Part shown: positions 8,916 through 17,419 of the stretch, piece by piece
Layout of the letters: every line of letters begins with the position of its first letter
Position numbering within the stretch: the first letter of the stretch is position 1
DNA from: an uncultured bacterium
GTDB taxonomy: Bacteria; Verrucomicrobiota; Kiritimatiellia; RFP12; UBA1067
Direction: 5' to 3'
Length of the DNA stretch: 33,056 nucleotides
Assembly: GCA_902773015.1 (NCBI GenBank)
Contig: CACYCW010000190.1
Location: 1-33,056, forward strand
Made by a program: the position numbers and the translations under genes
The notes under the pieces: generated by a model
Seen by the model: the letters and a program-made list of their open reading frames with translations, nothing else
What the model was told of the DNA's origin: nothing
Database searches by the model: none

Positions 8916-11792
8916 ATGTTCACGAGCCTCCAGTGTCCGCGAATCCCAGTCTGTGCGCTGGCACTGACGCTCGCCGTCACCTCGTCGGCCGCGACTCGCC
9001 GCGCTCCGCTCAACTCGAGGTTCGAGGAGTGGTCCAACCGCCGCGCCGCCGCCGAGGCCCATGGGCTCATCCCATCGCCCGTCGATCGTTCCTATCTGGC
9101 TCGTGCCTACCGTGCCATCACTATGTCCAAGACGACCTCCGGCGCCAGTCGGCGGCTTCTGAAGGCGGATGCGATTCCCTCGCGTTGGGACTCGCGCGAG
9201 CAGGGCTGGGTCACCCCGATCCGGAACCAGGGCGCCTACGGCACGTGCTGGGCCCACTCGACGCTGGCCTGCCTCGAGACCGCGACGCTCAAGGCGACTG
9301 GTGGCGCGGTCACTAACGACCTCTCCGAGAATCATCTTGCGGCGCATCGCGTCGGCTTCGTCAACGAGGTGGACTTCGACGTCGGCGGGAACAACCAGAT
9401 GGCGCTCGCGATGCTTACCGCTTGGAGCGATCCGCTTGATGAGGCGGACGATCCCTACCCGCATCCCGACTCGACAGTCTCCCTGCCCCCGATGCAGCAC
9501 GTGCAGAACGCGGTCATGCTGCCCGGGCGCGAGAGCGCGACGGACAATGACATGCTCAAGCGCGCGGTGATGGACTACGGAGCGGTCGCCGTCTACTACT
9601 ACGACCACGGCTCGTGGCGGAATTCGACGACCGGCGGCTACTGCTATCGGGGGAAGCAGACGGCCAACCATTCCGTCGCCTTGATCGGCTGGGACGACGC
9701 CTACCCCACCAACAACTTCGTTTCAGGCAGGCAGCCGGCATCGCCAGGCGCCTTCCTCGTCAAGAACAGCTGGGGCACGACTTACGGAACGAACGGATGC
9801 CTCTGGATATCCTACGAGGATTCGGCATTTGCGATGCAGGAGTCAACCGCCTATCCTGTCCCCGAGGCCACGAACAACTACGGGCGGGTCTACCAGCACG
9901 ACCTGTGCGGATGGGTGATGAACTACAATTCAGACGGAGAAGAGAACTGGTGCGCGAATGTGTTCACATCGGTGTCGACGGGACTTGTCGCCGCGGTTGG
10001 GTTCTACGCGGTCTCGCCGGACATCCAGTATGTCCTGCGCGTCTATGTGCGATGCGGCAACGATCCGACGTCGGGCACGCTCGCGGTCGAGCAGTCGGGT
10101 GCGGTGAGCGCCGCCGGATACGTGACGGTTCCACTCGTGACGGACGCACCGATCCTCTCGATCGGCGAGCGCTTTGCCGTTGTCCTTCGCCTCGAGTCCG
10201 CCAGCTACGGCTATCCGATGCCGGGTGAATGCACTGAAGACGGCTACTGCACGGCGACGGCGAACGCGGGTGAGAGCTTCTACTCAGCGAATGGCCTGGC
10301 CTGGACGGATATCCACGACGAGGATCCGTCGGCCAACTTCTGCATCAAGGCCTACACGCGATTCGGCTGCGACGGGCCCGGGCACATGCCGACGACGGTA
10401 CACGTCGATGCCGCGTCGGGCACGACAGTGCCGGATGGCTCGGCGGAGCGTCCCTTCGCGACGATTGCGGACGCGCTCGTGATCTCGGCGGGCGGGGACA
10501 CGGTGCGCGTCGCGGCTGGGCGCTACTGCGAGCCGGTGGTCGTCCCGCCCTGGCCGCTGCGCATCGAGTCCGTCGATGGCCCGGAGGTGACGATCATCGA
10601 AGGAGGAGTGGCGAACTGCTGCTATGATGGAACCGCGAACGAGGCGACCGAGCTGGCGGGCTTCACCCTGGAGAACGGCGGCGATGGCGGCGTCGTAGGC
10701 GGACTGATCTCGAATTGCGTGATACGCGGCTGCTGGACGACCGATGAGGCGGGAGGAGGCGGCGCGTTTGGGGCGACGCTCATCGATTGCGTCATCTCCA
10801 ACTGCACTGCGGTCATCGGCGGCGGTGCGACGTTCTCGACGCTGACCAACTGCCTCATCGTCGGGAATCGGGCGGAGGTCGGACAGGGGCGGGACAGCGG
10901 CGCTGGAGGCGGAGCCTATGATTGCCAGCTTGTCAATTGCACGCTGGCGGGGAACACGGCGGCACGCTTTGGCGGCGGCGTCTATCTCGATTCGGGCTCT
11001 GCTGTCCGCAACACGATCATCACGACGAATGTCTGTGACGAGGGGGCCGCAAACGGCCATGACATCTACGGGATGGGGGAGATGGTTTGCAGCATTTCCG
11101 GTCAGGATGTGCGCTTCGTCAATGCGGCGAACGGCGATTGGCGGCTCTCGGCGCGGTCACCGTGCATTGACGCCGGCAGCAATGCTTTCGTGATGGTATC
11201 ACACGATCTCGCCGGCACGAATCGCGTCATCGGCGCTCGGGTGGATCTCGGTTGCTTCGAGTTCACTGGCGCGCCCGTGGGCTGGCCGGTGCCGGCCGTG
11301 GCGCGTGACGCGGCGGCGGCCGAGGAGGCGGTAGCGGTCGCGGCGGCAATGCTGCAGGCGGGTTTCCCCGCGTCATCTGCCAACGTCCTGACGAGCGTGG
11401 CTCAGTACGCGGCGTTCGCCGTCTGGGCGGACGAACATCACCTCGCGGTCGACAATCTCGTTTCCGCGCCGACGGCGTTTCTCTCGGCGGCGCTGGACGC
11501 ACCGGGTGTCCTGGGGCTCGTTCCGTCAGATCTGCGAACCGCCTCGTTCGTGCCGACATCCGACGGCGCAGGCTGGTCGCTCACGCTTGCGCTTTCGCCA
11601 TACGATCCGACGCGGGTCTCGCCTGCGCTGCTTTCGGCGGCCGTGGGTGTCGTGGGCGCCCATGCCGTCGATGGTACCTATTCGCCCGATGGGCTGGATG
11701 TCTCCGTTCGCGCCACGTCAGACGGTGTGGAAATGCTCATCACGCCCCCACCCGGCGCCTCGGCCTACTTCCTCCGCCCGACGGTACGATGA
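8916..11792 (+). CDS. Secreted papain-like (C1A) cysteine peptidase with lectin-like domain, right-handed beta-helix/choice-of-anchor-Q-like region and C-terminal domain
   Basis: Signal-like N-terminus. Catalytic Q/C in RNQGAYGTCWA, H in NHSVALIGWDD, N in KNSWG. Lectin-like segment from YQHD..GW to NFCIKAYT. DGSAERPFATIADA, G-rich NC repeats, and DWRLSARSPCIDAG...VDLGCFE. Confidence 0.88.
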   Translation: MFTSLQCPRIPVCALALTLAVTSSAATRRAPLNSRFEEWSNRRAAAEAHGLIPSPVDRSYLARAYRAITMSKTTSGASRRLLKADAIPSRWDSREQGWVTPIRNQGAYGTCWAHSTLACLETATLKATGGAVTNDLSENHLAAHRVGFVNEVDFDVGGNNQMALAMLTAWSDPLDEADDPYPHPDSTVSLPPMQHVQNAVMLPGRESATDNDMLKRAVMDYGAVAVYYYDHGSWRNSTTGGYCYRGKQTANHSVALIGWDDAYPTNNFVSGRQPASPGAFLVKNSWGTTYGTNGCLWISYEDSAFAMQESTAYPVPEATNNYGRVYQHDLCGWVMNYNSDGEENWCANVFTSVSTGLVAAVGFYAVSPDIQYVLRVYVRCGNDPTSGTLAVEQSGAVSAAGYVTVPLVTDAPILSIGERFAVVLRLESASYGYPMPGECTEDGYCTATANAGESFYSANGLAWTDIHDEDPSANFCIKAYTRFGCDGPGHMPTTVHVDAASGTTVPDGSAERPFATIADALVISAGGDTVRVAAGRYCEPVVVPPWPLRIESVDGPEVTIIEGGVANCCYDGTANEATELAGFTLENGGDGGVVGGLISNCVIRGCWTTDEAGGGGAFGATLIDCVISNCTAVIGGGATFSTLTNCLIVGNRAEVGQGRDSGAGGGAYDCQLVNCTLAGNTAARFGGGVYLDSGSAVRNTIITTNVCDEGAANGHDIYGMGEMVCSISGQDVRFVNAANGDWRLSARSPCIDAGSNAFVMVSHDLAGTNRVIGARVDLGCFEFTGAPVGWPVPAVARDAAAAEEAVAVAAAMLQAGFPASSANVLTSVAQYAAFAVWADEHHLAVDNLVSAPTAFLSAALDAPGVLGLVPSDLRTASFVPTSDGAGWSLTLALSPYDPTRVSPALLSAAVGVVGAHAVDGTYSPDGLDVSVRATSDGVEMLITPPPGASAYFLRPTVR

Positions 11793-11832
11793 GATAGGAC
11801 TCGTCGCTTCAACCCACGACTTTTCTGCGCGT

Positions 11833-11880
11833 TTGACAGCGTGCGAGGGATTATGGTATCATCAGCCAGAGAGTAAGGAG
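11833..11880 (+). promoter_or_regulatory. Sigma70-type promoter and RBS
   Basis: TTGACA 11833-11838, 18-bp spacer, TGgTATCAT (-10 at 11857-11862), AAGGAG 11875-11880 before ATG 11887. Confidence 0.8.
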
Positions 11881-11886
11881 AACGAG

Positions 11887-14106
11887 ATGAATTCGAAAAT
11901 GTCGAGCCTGTTCCTGTCGCTTCTGGTCGCCACCTTGGCTGCCGTTTCGGGGTGGGCGAACGTGGTCATTGAGAATGACGCGTTTCGGCTGACGGTGGCG
12001 TCTAACGCGGTCGTTCGGTCACTGGTGGTGAAGGCGTCCGGCGAGGAGCTGCTCGATGCCGCGGCCGAGACTCCGCTCTTCTCGGTCACGCAGGAGCGAC
12101 CGTTCATCAACGAGGTGAAGCTCGCCTATCCGAACAAGCGCACCACGTTCCGCGCGAATCGAATCCGTCGCGAGGGCGATTCCCTCTTCGCCGGCTTCGA
12201 GCTCGCCCCTTACGAGGCGCGTATCGACCTGAAGGTCACACCGCACTACATCGCCTTCACGCTTGGCGGCTTCGTCGTGCCGCCGCATGCCCGCTACCAT
12301 GTGCTGCAGATGGATGCTCCGCCGGTCGAGTCATTCAGGCTCCTCCAGTTGCCGATCGTCCGCCGGCGCCACTTCGGCGACTGGCTCGACGTGATGTGGG
12401 ATGATTCAGCCGCCGTCGCCGTGGTCGCCGCCATGCCGGAGGCGCTGATCGACCATGAGCGTACCCTGCGCGGCGAGATGCTCGTCGCCGATGCCCAGCG
12501 CAAGGTCCGCCTGGAGGGGACGACGGCGGCCCTCGTTGCGACGCCGGCGAAGGGCTTCTTGAATGCGCTGGAGAAACTTGAGCACGACTTCAGCCTGCCG
12601 CCTGGCGTTGCGTTGCGTCGCTCGCCCGCGCTGCGCTCATCCATCGTGCGTGTCTTCGATCTCAATCCCCAGACGGTCGACGAGCACATCCGTTGGGCAC
12701 GGAAGGGCGGCTTCCGCCATCTTCAGGTCTACTACACGTCCATTGTGCGGGATGGCTATCCTGAGCCGCCGTACTGCCGCTGCGGCGACTACGACTATCG
12801 TCCCGAGTATCCCCGCGGCAGAGCGGATCTCGTGGCGATGCTCGCGAAGCTGAAGGCCGCCGGCATTGTCACGGGGCTGCATGTCCTGCCGCAGCACATC
12901 GGTCTCCGAAGCCGGTATGTGGTTCCCGTCGCGGACCGGCGTCTTCGCCTTAAGGATCATTTCACGCTGGCCCGTGCCCTCGCTGCGGACGCGTCCGGTG
13001 GCGAGCTTGTGGTGGACCAGGATCCGCGCGTGGCGCCGCGCCATCCCAAGTGCCGGGTTCTGCGCTTCGGCGGCGAGCTCATGACCTATGAGGACTGCGT
13101 GACGACGCGTCCCTACCGGTTCACGGGCGTCGTGCGGGGGGCGTTCGGCACGACCCCGGTCGCGCACGCGGTCGGCGAGATCGGCGGCGTCCTCGACATC
13201 AGCGAGTTTGGCGGCTCGAGCTGCTACGTTGATCAGGAGACCGACCTGCAGGACGAGATCAACGACAAGATCGCGGACATCTACTCCGCCGGTTTCGAGT
13301 TCGTCTACTTCGATGGCGCCGAGGGGGTCTCGCCGCCGTTCAACTTCCATGTCGGGAACGCCCAGTACCGCCTGTGGAAGAAGCTCGACCCGATGCCGAT
13401 CTTCGCCGAGGGCGCGGCGAAGACGCACTTCGGCTGGCACATGCTCTCGGGCGCGAATGCCTTCGACGCGTTTCCGCCGGAGGTCTTCAAGCGGAAGATC
13501 GACGAGCACCCCGCCGTCGAGGCGCCGCAGATGCTCGACAACTTCACGAAGGTGAACTTCGGCTGGTGGTATTTCTGTCAGCCGAACTCGAAGACCGTCG
13601 GCTGTCAGGTTGACATGTGGGAGTATGGCGCGAGCCGTGCGGCGGCTTGGGACTGTCCCCAGACGATCTCGCTCTTCTCATTGAAGCTCCTGGCTTCGCA
13701 CCCTCGCGCGGACGATCTCTACGAGATGCTGCGCCGCTGGGAGGACGTGCGCGCTAATCAGCTGCTCACGGAGGCCGAGAAAATGGAGCTTCGGGTCCTC
13801 GGTCGCGAACACCACCTCTACCTGAACGAGGCGGGGCGGTATGAGCTTCATGCGATAGAGATGCTGCCTGATGCGCCGAAGGCGCCCGACCTGAGGGGTT
13901 TCGTGTTCGAGCGCAACGGCCGTCGCGTCGTCGCCTACTGGCATGTGCGCGGCGCAGGCGAGGTGGAGGTCGCTCTCGAGGGCGGTGTGCGGCGGCTGAA
14001 GGTCGACCGCCTGCGCTACCTCGAGACGGACCTTCCCCTCCCGGCCGTGAGGCAGGCCTTCCGCGCGGCGGCCGTGAGCGTCATGCCGGTCGCCTTGCGG
14101 AAGTAG
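11887..14106 (+). CDS. Secreted hypothetical protein, probable glycoside hydrolase-like TIM barrel
   Basis: Signal peptide MNSKMSSLFLSLLVATLAAVSGWA, strong RBS and promoter. Barrel-like segments (KLKAAGIVTGLHV, GFEFVYFDGAEG, FAEGA). Family not assigned. Confidence 0.65.
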   Translation: MNSKMSSLFLSLLVATLAAVSGWANVVIENDAFRLTVASNAVVRSLVVKASGEELLDAAAETPLFSVTQERPFINEVKLAYPNKRTTFRANRIRREGDSLFAGFELAPYEARIDLKVTPHYIAFTLGGFVVPPHARYHVLQMDAPPVESFRLLQLPIVRRRHFGDWLDVMWDDSAAVAVVAAMPEALIDHERTLRGEMLVADAQRKVRLEGTTAALVATPAKGFLNALEKLEHDFSLPPGVALRRSPALRSSIVRVFDLNPQTVDEHIRWARKGGFRHLQVYYTSIVRDGYPEPPYCRCGDYDYRPEYPRGRADLVAMLAKLKAAGIVTGLHVLPQHIGLRSRYVVPVADRRLRLKDHFTLARALAADASGGELVVDQDPRVAPRHPKCRVLRFGGELMTYEDCVTTRPYRFTGVVRGAFGTTPVAHAVGEIGGVLDISEFGGSSCYVDQETDLQDEINDKIADIYSAGFEFVYFDGAEGVSPPFNFHVGNAQYRLWKKLDPMPIFAEGAAKTHFGWHMLSGANAFDAFPPEVFKRKIDEHPAVEAPQMLDNFTKVNFGWWYFCQPNSKTVGCQVDMWEYGASRAAAWDCPQTISLFSLKLLASHPRADDLYEMLRRWEDVRANQLLTEAEKMELRVLGREHHLYLNEAGRYELHAIEMLPDAPKAPDLRGFVFERNGRRVVAYWHVRGAGEVEVALEGGVRRLKVDRLRYLETDLPLPAVRQAFRAAAVSVMPVALRK

Positions 14107-15200
14107 CGGCAGAGGACGGGTAGCGAATTCCAGCCGCAGCGCTGGGCGATTGCCGTCATCGACGCTGTGCCTTGCGCGAGCAGGTTCTTCACGTTTTCCA
14201 GCCGCACGGACATGATCTCGTCCCGGATCGAGTGTCCCGTGACCTCCCGGAAGCGAATCTCCGCTAGACGGCGGGAGATCCGCATTTCGGCCGCGACGTC
14301 ATCGACGCCAAGGTGCTCCGCCGCGTGTGCGCGGATGAACTCGATGGCCCTCACGACCCGGCTGTCGTGCGCGGTGATTGGACAGGTGGAGGCGCGGCGA
14401 ATGACACAGAGCGGACCGAACAGTCCCTGCTCCGGCGCGCCGGATGGCTTGGACATTCGGCGATCCAGGATCGCCGCGGCCTGATAACCGCCGTGACTGT
14501 AGTCCGGCAGGATGCTCGACAGCTGCGGTCGGGAGTTCTCGCAGGTCGTTTCGTTGTTGTCCACGCCGATGACGGCGATGTCATCCGGTACGCGCAGGCC
14601 TGCCGCTCCTGCGGCGGCAATTACCTGGGCGCCGAGCTCGTCGTTTGCCGCAAAGACGGCGCACGGGCGCTTGACGGCGGTGAGGAAGGTCTTGAGGCGG
14701 CGTTGGAGGCGGATGAGATCGCGGCGTTCGCGCGGAAGCGGTTCGCAGAGCGCAGTGGTTCGTCCGTTGATGGCGAGCGCCGCGCGAAAACCCTCAAGCC
14801 TCCGTCTGCTCCAGTAGAGCGGTTCGAACCAGGCCACATAGGCATAGTTCGGGTAGTTCAGCGACTGCAGTTCCTTCGCGGCCATCTCGGCCGTCGCCCG
14901 AGAGTCATGCGTGACGCAGCACACATGGCGCTCGTCCTGCTTCGGGTGGCAGTCAAGATAGACGGCCGGCACCGTGCCGAGTGCCGCGCGATCAAAACGC
15001 TGCAGGTCGTCGATGTTTGCGATGATGCAGCCGTCTGGAGCCCAGAACCGGACGGCATCGGCGACGGATGGGATGTGCGTCGCATTTGGGATGATCCGGA
15101 GATTCCAGCCGTGCATCCGGGCATAGCGGTTGACGCCGTCGAATTCTCGGTGTTCTGACACCTCGTTGAAGGCCGATTGGAAAAGAAGAACCGTTCTCAC
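14016..15200 (-). CDS. XylR-type transcriptional regulator (LacI-like ligand-binding domain + C-terminal AraC HTH)
   Basis: GVNRYARMHGWNL, AVFAANDELG, LRVPDDIAVIGVDN, LSSILPD, VIRRAST, then AraC signature ISRRLAEIRFREVTG...IAQRCGW...YFRKATGMT. GTG start. Confidence 0.92.
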   Translation of the reverse strand: MRTVLLFQSAFNEVSEHREFDGVNRYARMHGWNLRIIPNATHIPSVADAVRFWAPDGCIIANIDDLQRFDRAALGTVPAVYLDCHPKQDERHVCCVTHDSRATAEMAAKELQSLNYPNYAYVAWFEPLYWSRRRLEGFRAALAINGRTTALCEPLPRERRDLIRLQRRLKTFLTAVKRPCAVFAANDELGAQVIAAAGAAGLRVPDDIAVIGVDNNETTCENSRPQLSSILPDYSHGGYQAAAILDRRMSKPSGAPEQGLFGPLCVIRRASTCPITAHDSRVVRAIEFIRAHAAEHLGVDDVAAEMRISRRLAEIRFREVTGHSIRDEIMSVRLENVKNLLAQGTASMTAIAQRCGWNSLPVLCRYFRKATGMTLTAAARKACLTAGRGRSVSR

Positions 15201-15207
15201 GTCGGAA

Positions 15208-15236
15208 ATTGTACCACACTTTTCGCCCTTCGTGAA
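15208..15236 (-). promoter_or_regulatory. Promoter of the XylR-type regulator (probably leaderless)
   Basis: Minus strand reads TTCACG-17 bp-TACAAT with a TG extension; the -10 ends 7 nt before GTG 15200; no SD. Confidence 0.65.
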
Positions 15237-15254
15237 GTGTAAAGATAATATTTT

Positions 15255-15294
15255 CGCAAAAGGTCAATTGCGGCAGTTGTCCCTGGTGTATAAT
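15255..15294 (+). promoter_or_regulatory. Divergent promoter of the 15332-23761 cluster, with candidate activator site
   Basis: Perfect TATAAT 15289-15294, no TGn extension and no properly spaced -35. AT-rich upstream region containing CGCAA-N8-TTGCG at 15255-15272. Confidence 0.55.
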
Positions 15295-15331
15295 CCTCAA
15301 CATCGCAAACCACATTAGGGATGTTCGAGAT

Positions 15332-16027
15332 ATGATTAAACGACTCCTCACGATGGCAATCGCCGCAGGGGCGATTTGGGCAGTCTTTGCCGCGCAGAGC
15401 CCAGAACTGCGGCTCTATTGCTCGTCAGAGCGCAATCTCACCTGGCAGACAATCGCCTCTGGCACGGTATACTTGGCACTGGTCTGGCCCGAAGGGGCGA
15501 CGGCGGCGGATGTTCTCGTCCGTGATGTCGACGGGCGGGCAACGGTGCGTGCGACAGGAATCACAGCCGGAACCGAATCCTATGCGTGGACGGTGTTCGA
15601 GGGCACCACACCGGCGGCGGACAACTGCTACCAGGTGAACGTGACATACCGATCCGGCAACGACCCGATCACGACTGACACAGCCGAGCTGGCGCTGCTG
15701 AGGGGCACCTTCGCGCCGATCAAGGTCAGTTGTGCCGACAGCGAGCGCGCGTTTGCCCGTACGAGGACAGGCCGCCCGATCGCCTTTGATGCGAGATGGT
15801 TCACGGACGGCGCGTCCGGTTTCTCGCTCACGGCGGAGAACCGCGCGACGGGCGTGCCGGTTGTCTTCGCGTCCGACGGCATGAGTAGCGGCTACTTCCG
15901 CTGGAACCCGCTGGAGGCGGACGCCGGTCGAGACTGGTTTGATATGACGCTTACGGCAGCGGGGATCGATCCGCTCATCGGTTCGGCCTACCTCAGCGTC
16001 GGTGGGGCGCTCTTGCTCGTTCGCTAA
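15332..16027 (+). CDS. Secreted hypothetical protein ending in a Gly-x-hydrophobic-Arg tail
   Basis: Signal peptide MIKRLLTMAIAAGAIWAVFA; beta-rich body; terminus SVGGALLLVR. Confidence 0.75.
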   Translation: MIKRLLTMAIAAGAIWAVFAAQSPELRLYCSSERNLTWQTIASGTVYLALVWPEGATAADVLVRDVDGRATVRATGITAGTESYAWTVFEGTTPAADNCYQVNVTYRSGNDPITTDTAELALLRGTFAPIKVSCADSERAFARTRTGRPIAFDARWFTDGASGFSLTAENRATGVPVVFASDGMSSGYFRWNPLEADAGRDWFDMTLTAAGIDPLIGSAYLSVGGALLLVR

Positions 16028-16043
16028 GTAAGGAGTCCTGAAC

Positions 16044-17396
16044 ATGAAGAAGAGCCTTCTGACCATTGTTCTCGCGACCGCAGCCATTTCTGCGCTCGCG
16101 ACGGCCACGATCGAGCAGCGGACCGTTCGCCAGCGCTGGCCGTTCTCGCGGACGGTTGACGTCGATTTCGTCCTGTCCTGCGATCCGTCCGAGACCTATG
16201 ACATCACGCCGCGCTTCTACGACGGTGAGACCGAGCTCACGGTGGAGGACGTCGCGATCTCTGGCGATTTCAATTCCGTCTCCGACGGTGCGCATCGTCT
16301 CACCATCGACCTCTCGCGCAGCTCCCTGGCCGGCACCGAGAGCTTCACGAACTTCCATGTGGAGCTTTCGGCTGTGGAGCCTCCGCTCTACATGATCGTC
16401 GATATGCGCAAGACCGGGGCGGACGCCAATCGTGTCTCCTACCTCACCCGCACCGACATCCTGAGCGGTCAGCATGGGACGTACGAGACGGACATGACTC
16501 GCCTGGGCATCTCGGGATGCATGCTTCGCAACCCGATCGTCTGGACGGGCTGCACCAATGACGCGCGCTTCGCCTCGTCGCACTTCTTGTTCCGTCGCAT
16601 CGAGCCGGGCGCATTCATCGCGGCGGGTTCCGGGGCATCCACCAACAACGTGTTCATCCACCATGCGTTCTGGCTCTCCGTGTTCGAGTTCACGCATGGG
16701 CAGTACAATACGATGGTGGACGGCAAGACACCGGGCATTCCCCTGACGCTGTCGGAGCGCCGTCCCCATTACAACTACAGCGCCTCGAGCATGCGCGGCT
16801 CTACCAATACGGTCACCGGGGTGAACTGGCCCGCGACCGGCTACGACAAGGTCGGCGGGCTGATTGCCACCTTCCGCAGCCGCACCGGAATCCGCTTCGA
16901 CCTCCCGACCGAGGCGCAATGGGAACTCGCCTATCGGGCGGGTACCGTCACGAAGTTCCACAACGGCTCGGATGACAACGCCGCGGCGGATCTGATCGGT
17001 CGCCACAGGGACAACGGCGGCTACTGGGACAATGGCGACGGAGTGAACGAGCCGAACTGGCATCCGTCCTACGACCAGCCGACGAATCCCGCCGAGGGCT
17101 ACGCACCTGTCGGCTACTACCGGCCGAATGCCTATGGCCTGTACGACATGTCGGGCAATATCGAGGAGGTGTGTCTCGACTGGCGCACGTCCGCATCGTC
17201 GGCTGCCCACCTCGGGGCCGATCCGTCCGGACCGCTACAGGCCGCTGCATCCAGCCTCCACCGCGTTGCCCGCGGCGGAAGCGCCTGGCATTCTCCTGCG
17301 GATACCGGCGTCACACAGCGACAGGGCGCCGGACAGGACGAGGCCAGCAGCCTCTACGGATGGCGTCTCGCGGTCATCGTCGAACCTACGCGATAG
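16044..17396 (+). CDS. Secreted FGE-sulfatase (SUMF1/EgtB/PvdO, C-type lectin fold) domain protein, paralog 1
   Basis: RBS AAGGAG, signal peptide, N-terminal RQRWPF..VDVDF, then FEFTHGQY, DLPTEAQWELAYRAG, PNAYGLYDMSGNIEEVCLDW, RVARGGS, GWRL. Confidence 0.88.
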   Translation: MKKSLLTIVLATAAISALATATIEQRTVRQRWPFSRTVDVDFVLSCDPSETYDITPRFYDGETELTVEDVAISGDFNSVSDGAHRLTIDLSRSSLAGTESFTNFHVELSAVEPPLYMIVDMRKTGADANRVSYLTRTDILSGQHGTYETDMTRLGISGCMLRNPIVWTGCTNDARFASSHFLFRRIEPGAFIAAGSGASTNNVFIHHAFWLSVFEFTHGQYNTMVDGKTPGIPLTLSERRPHYNYSASSMRGSTNTVTGVNWPATGYDKVGGLIATFRSRTGIRFDLPTEAQWELAYRAGTVTKFHNGSDDNAAADLIGRHRDNGGYWDNGDGVNEPNWHPSYDQPTNPAEGYAPVGYYRPNAYGLYDMSGNIEEVCLDWRTSASSAAHLGADPSGPLQAAASSLHRVARGGSAWHSPADTGVTQRQGAGQDEASSLYGWRLAVIVEPTR

Positions 17397-17419
17397 GATA
17401 GGGGAAAGGAACATCACCC

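Noticed and set aside
11795-11826. Intrinsic terminator after the protease gene
   Set aside because: Only a 4-bp stem before a short T run; too weak to call.
16129-16140. Palindrome GCCAGCGCTGGC in both FGE genes as a DNA site
   Set aside because: It is explained by preferred codons for the conserved R-Q-R-W-P peptide.
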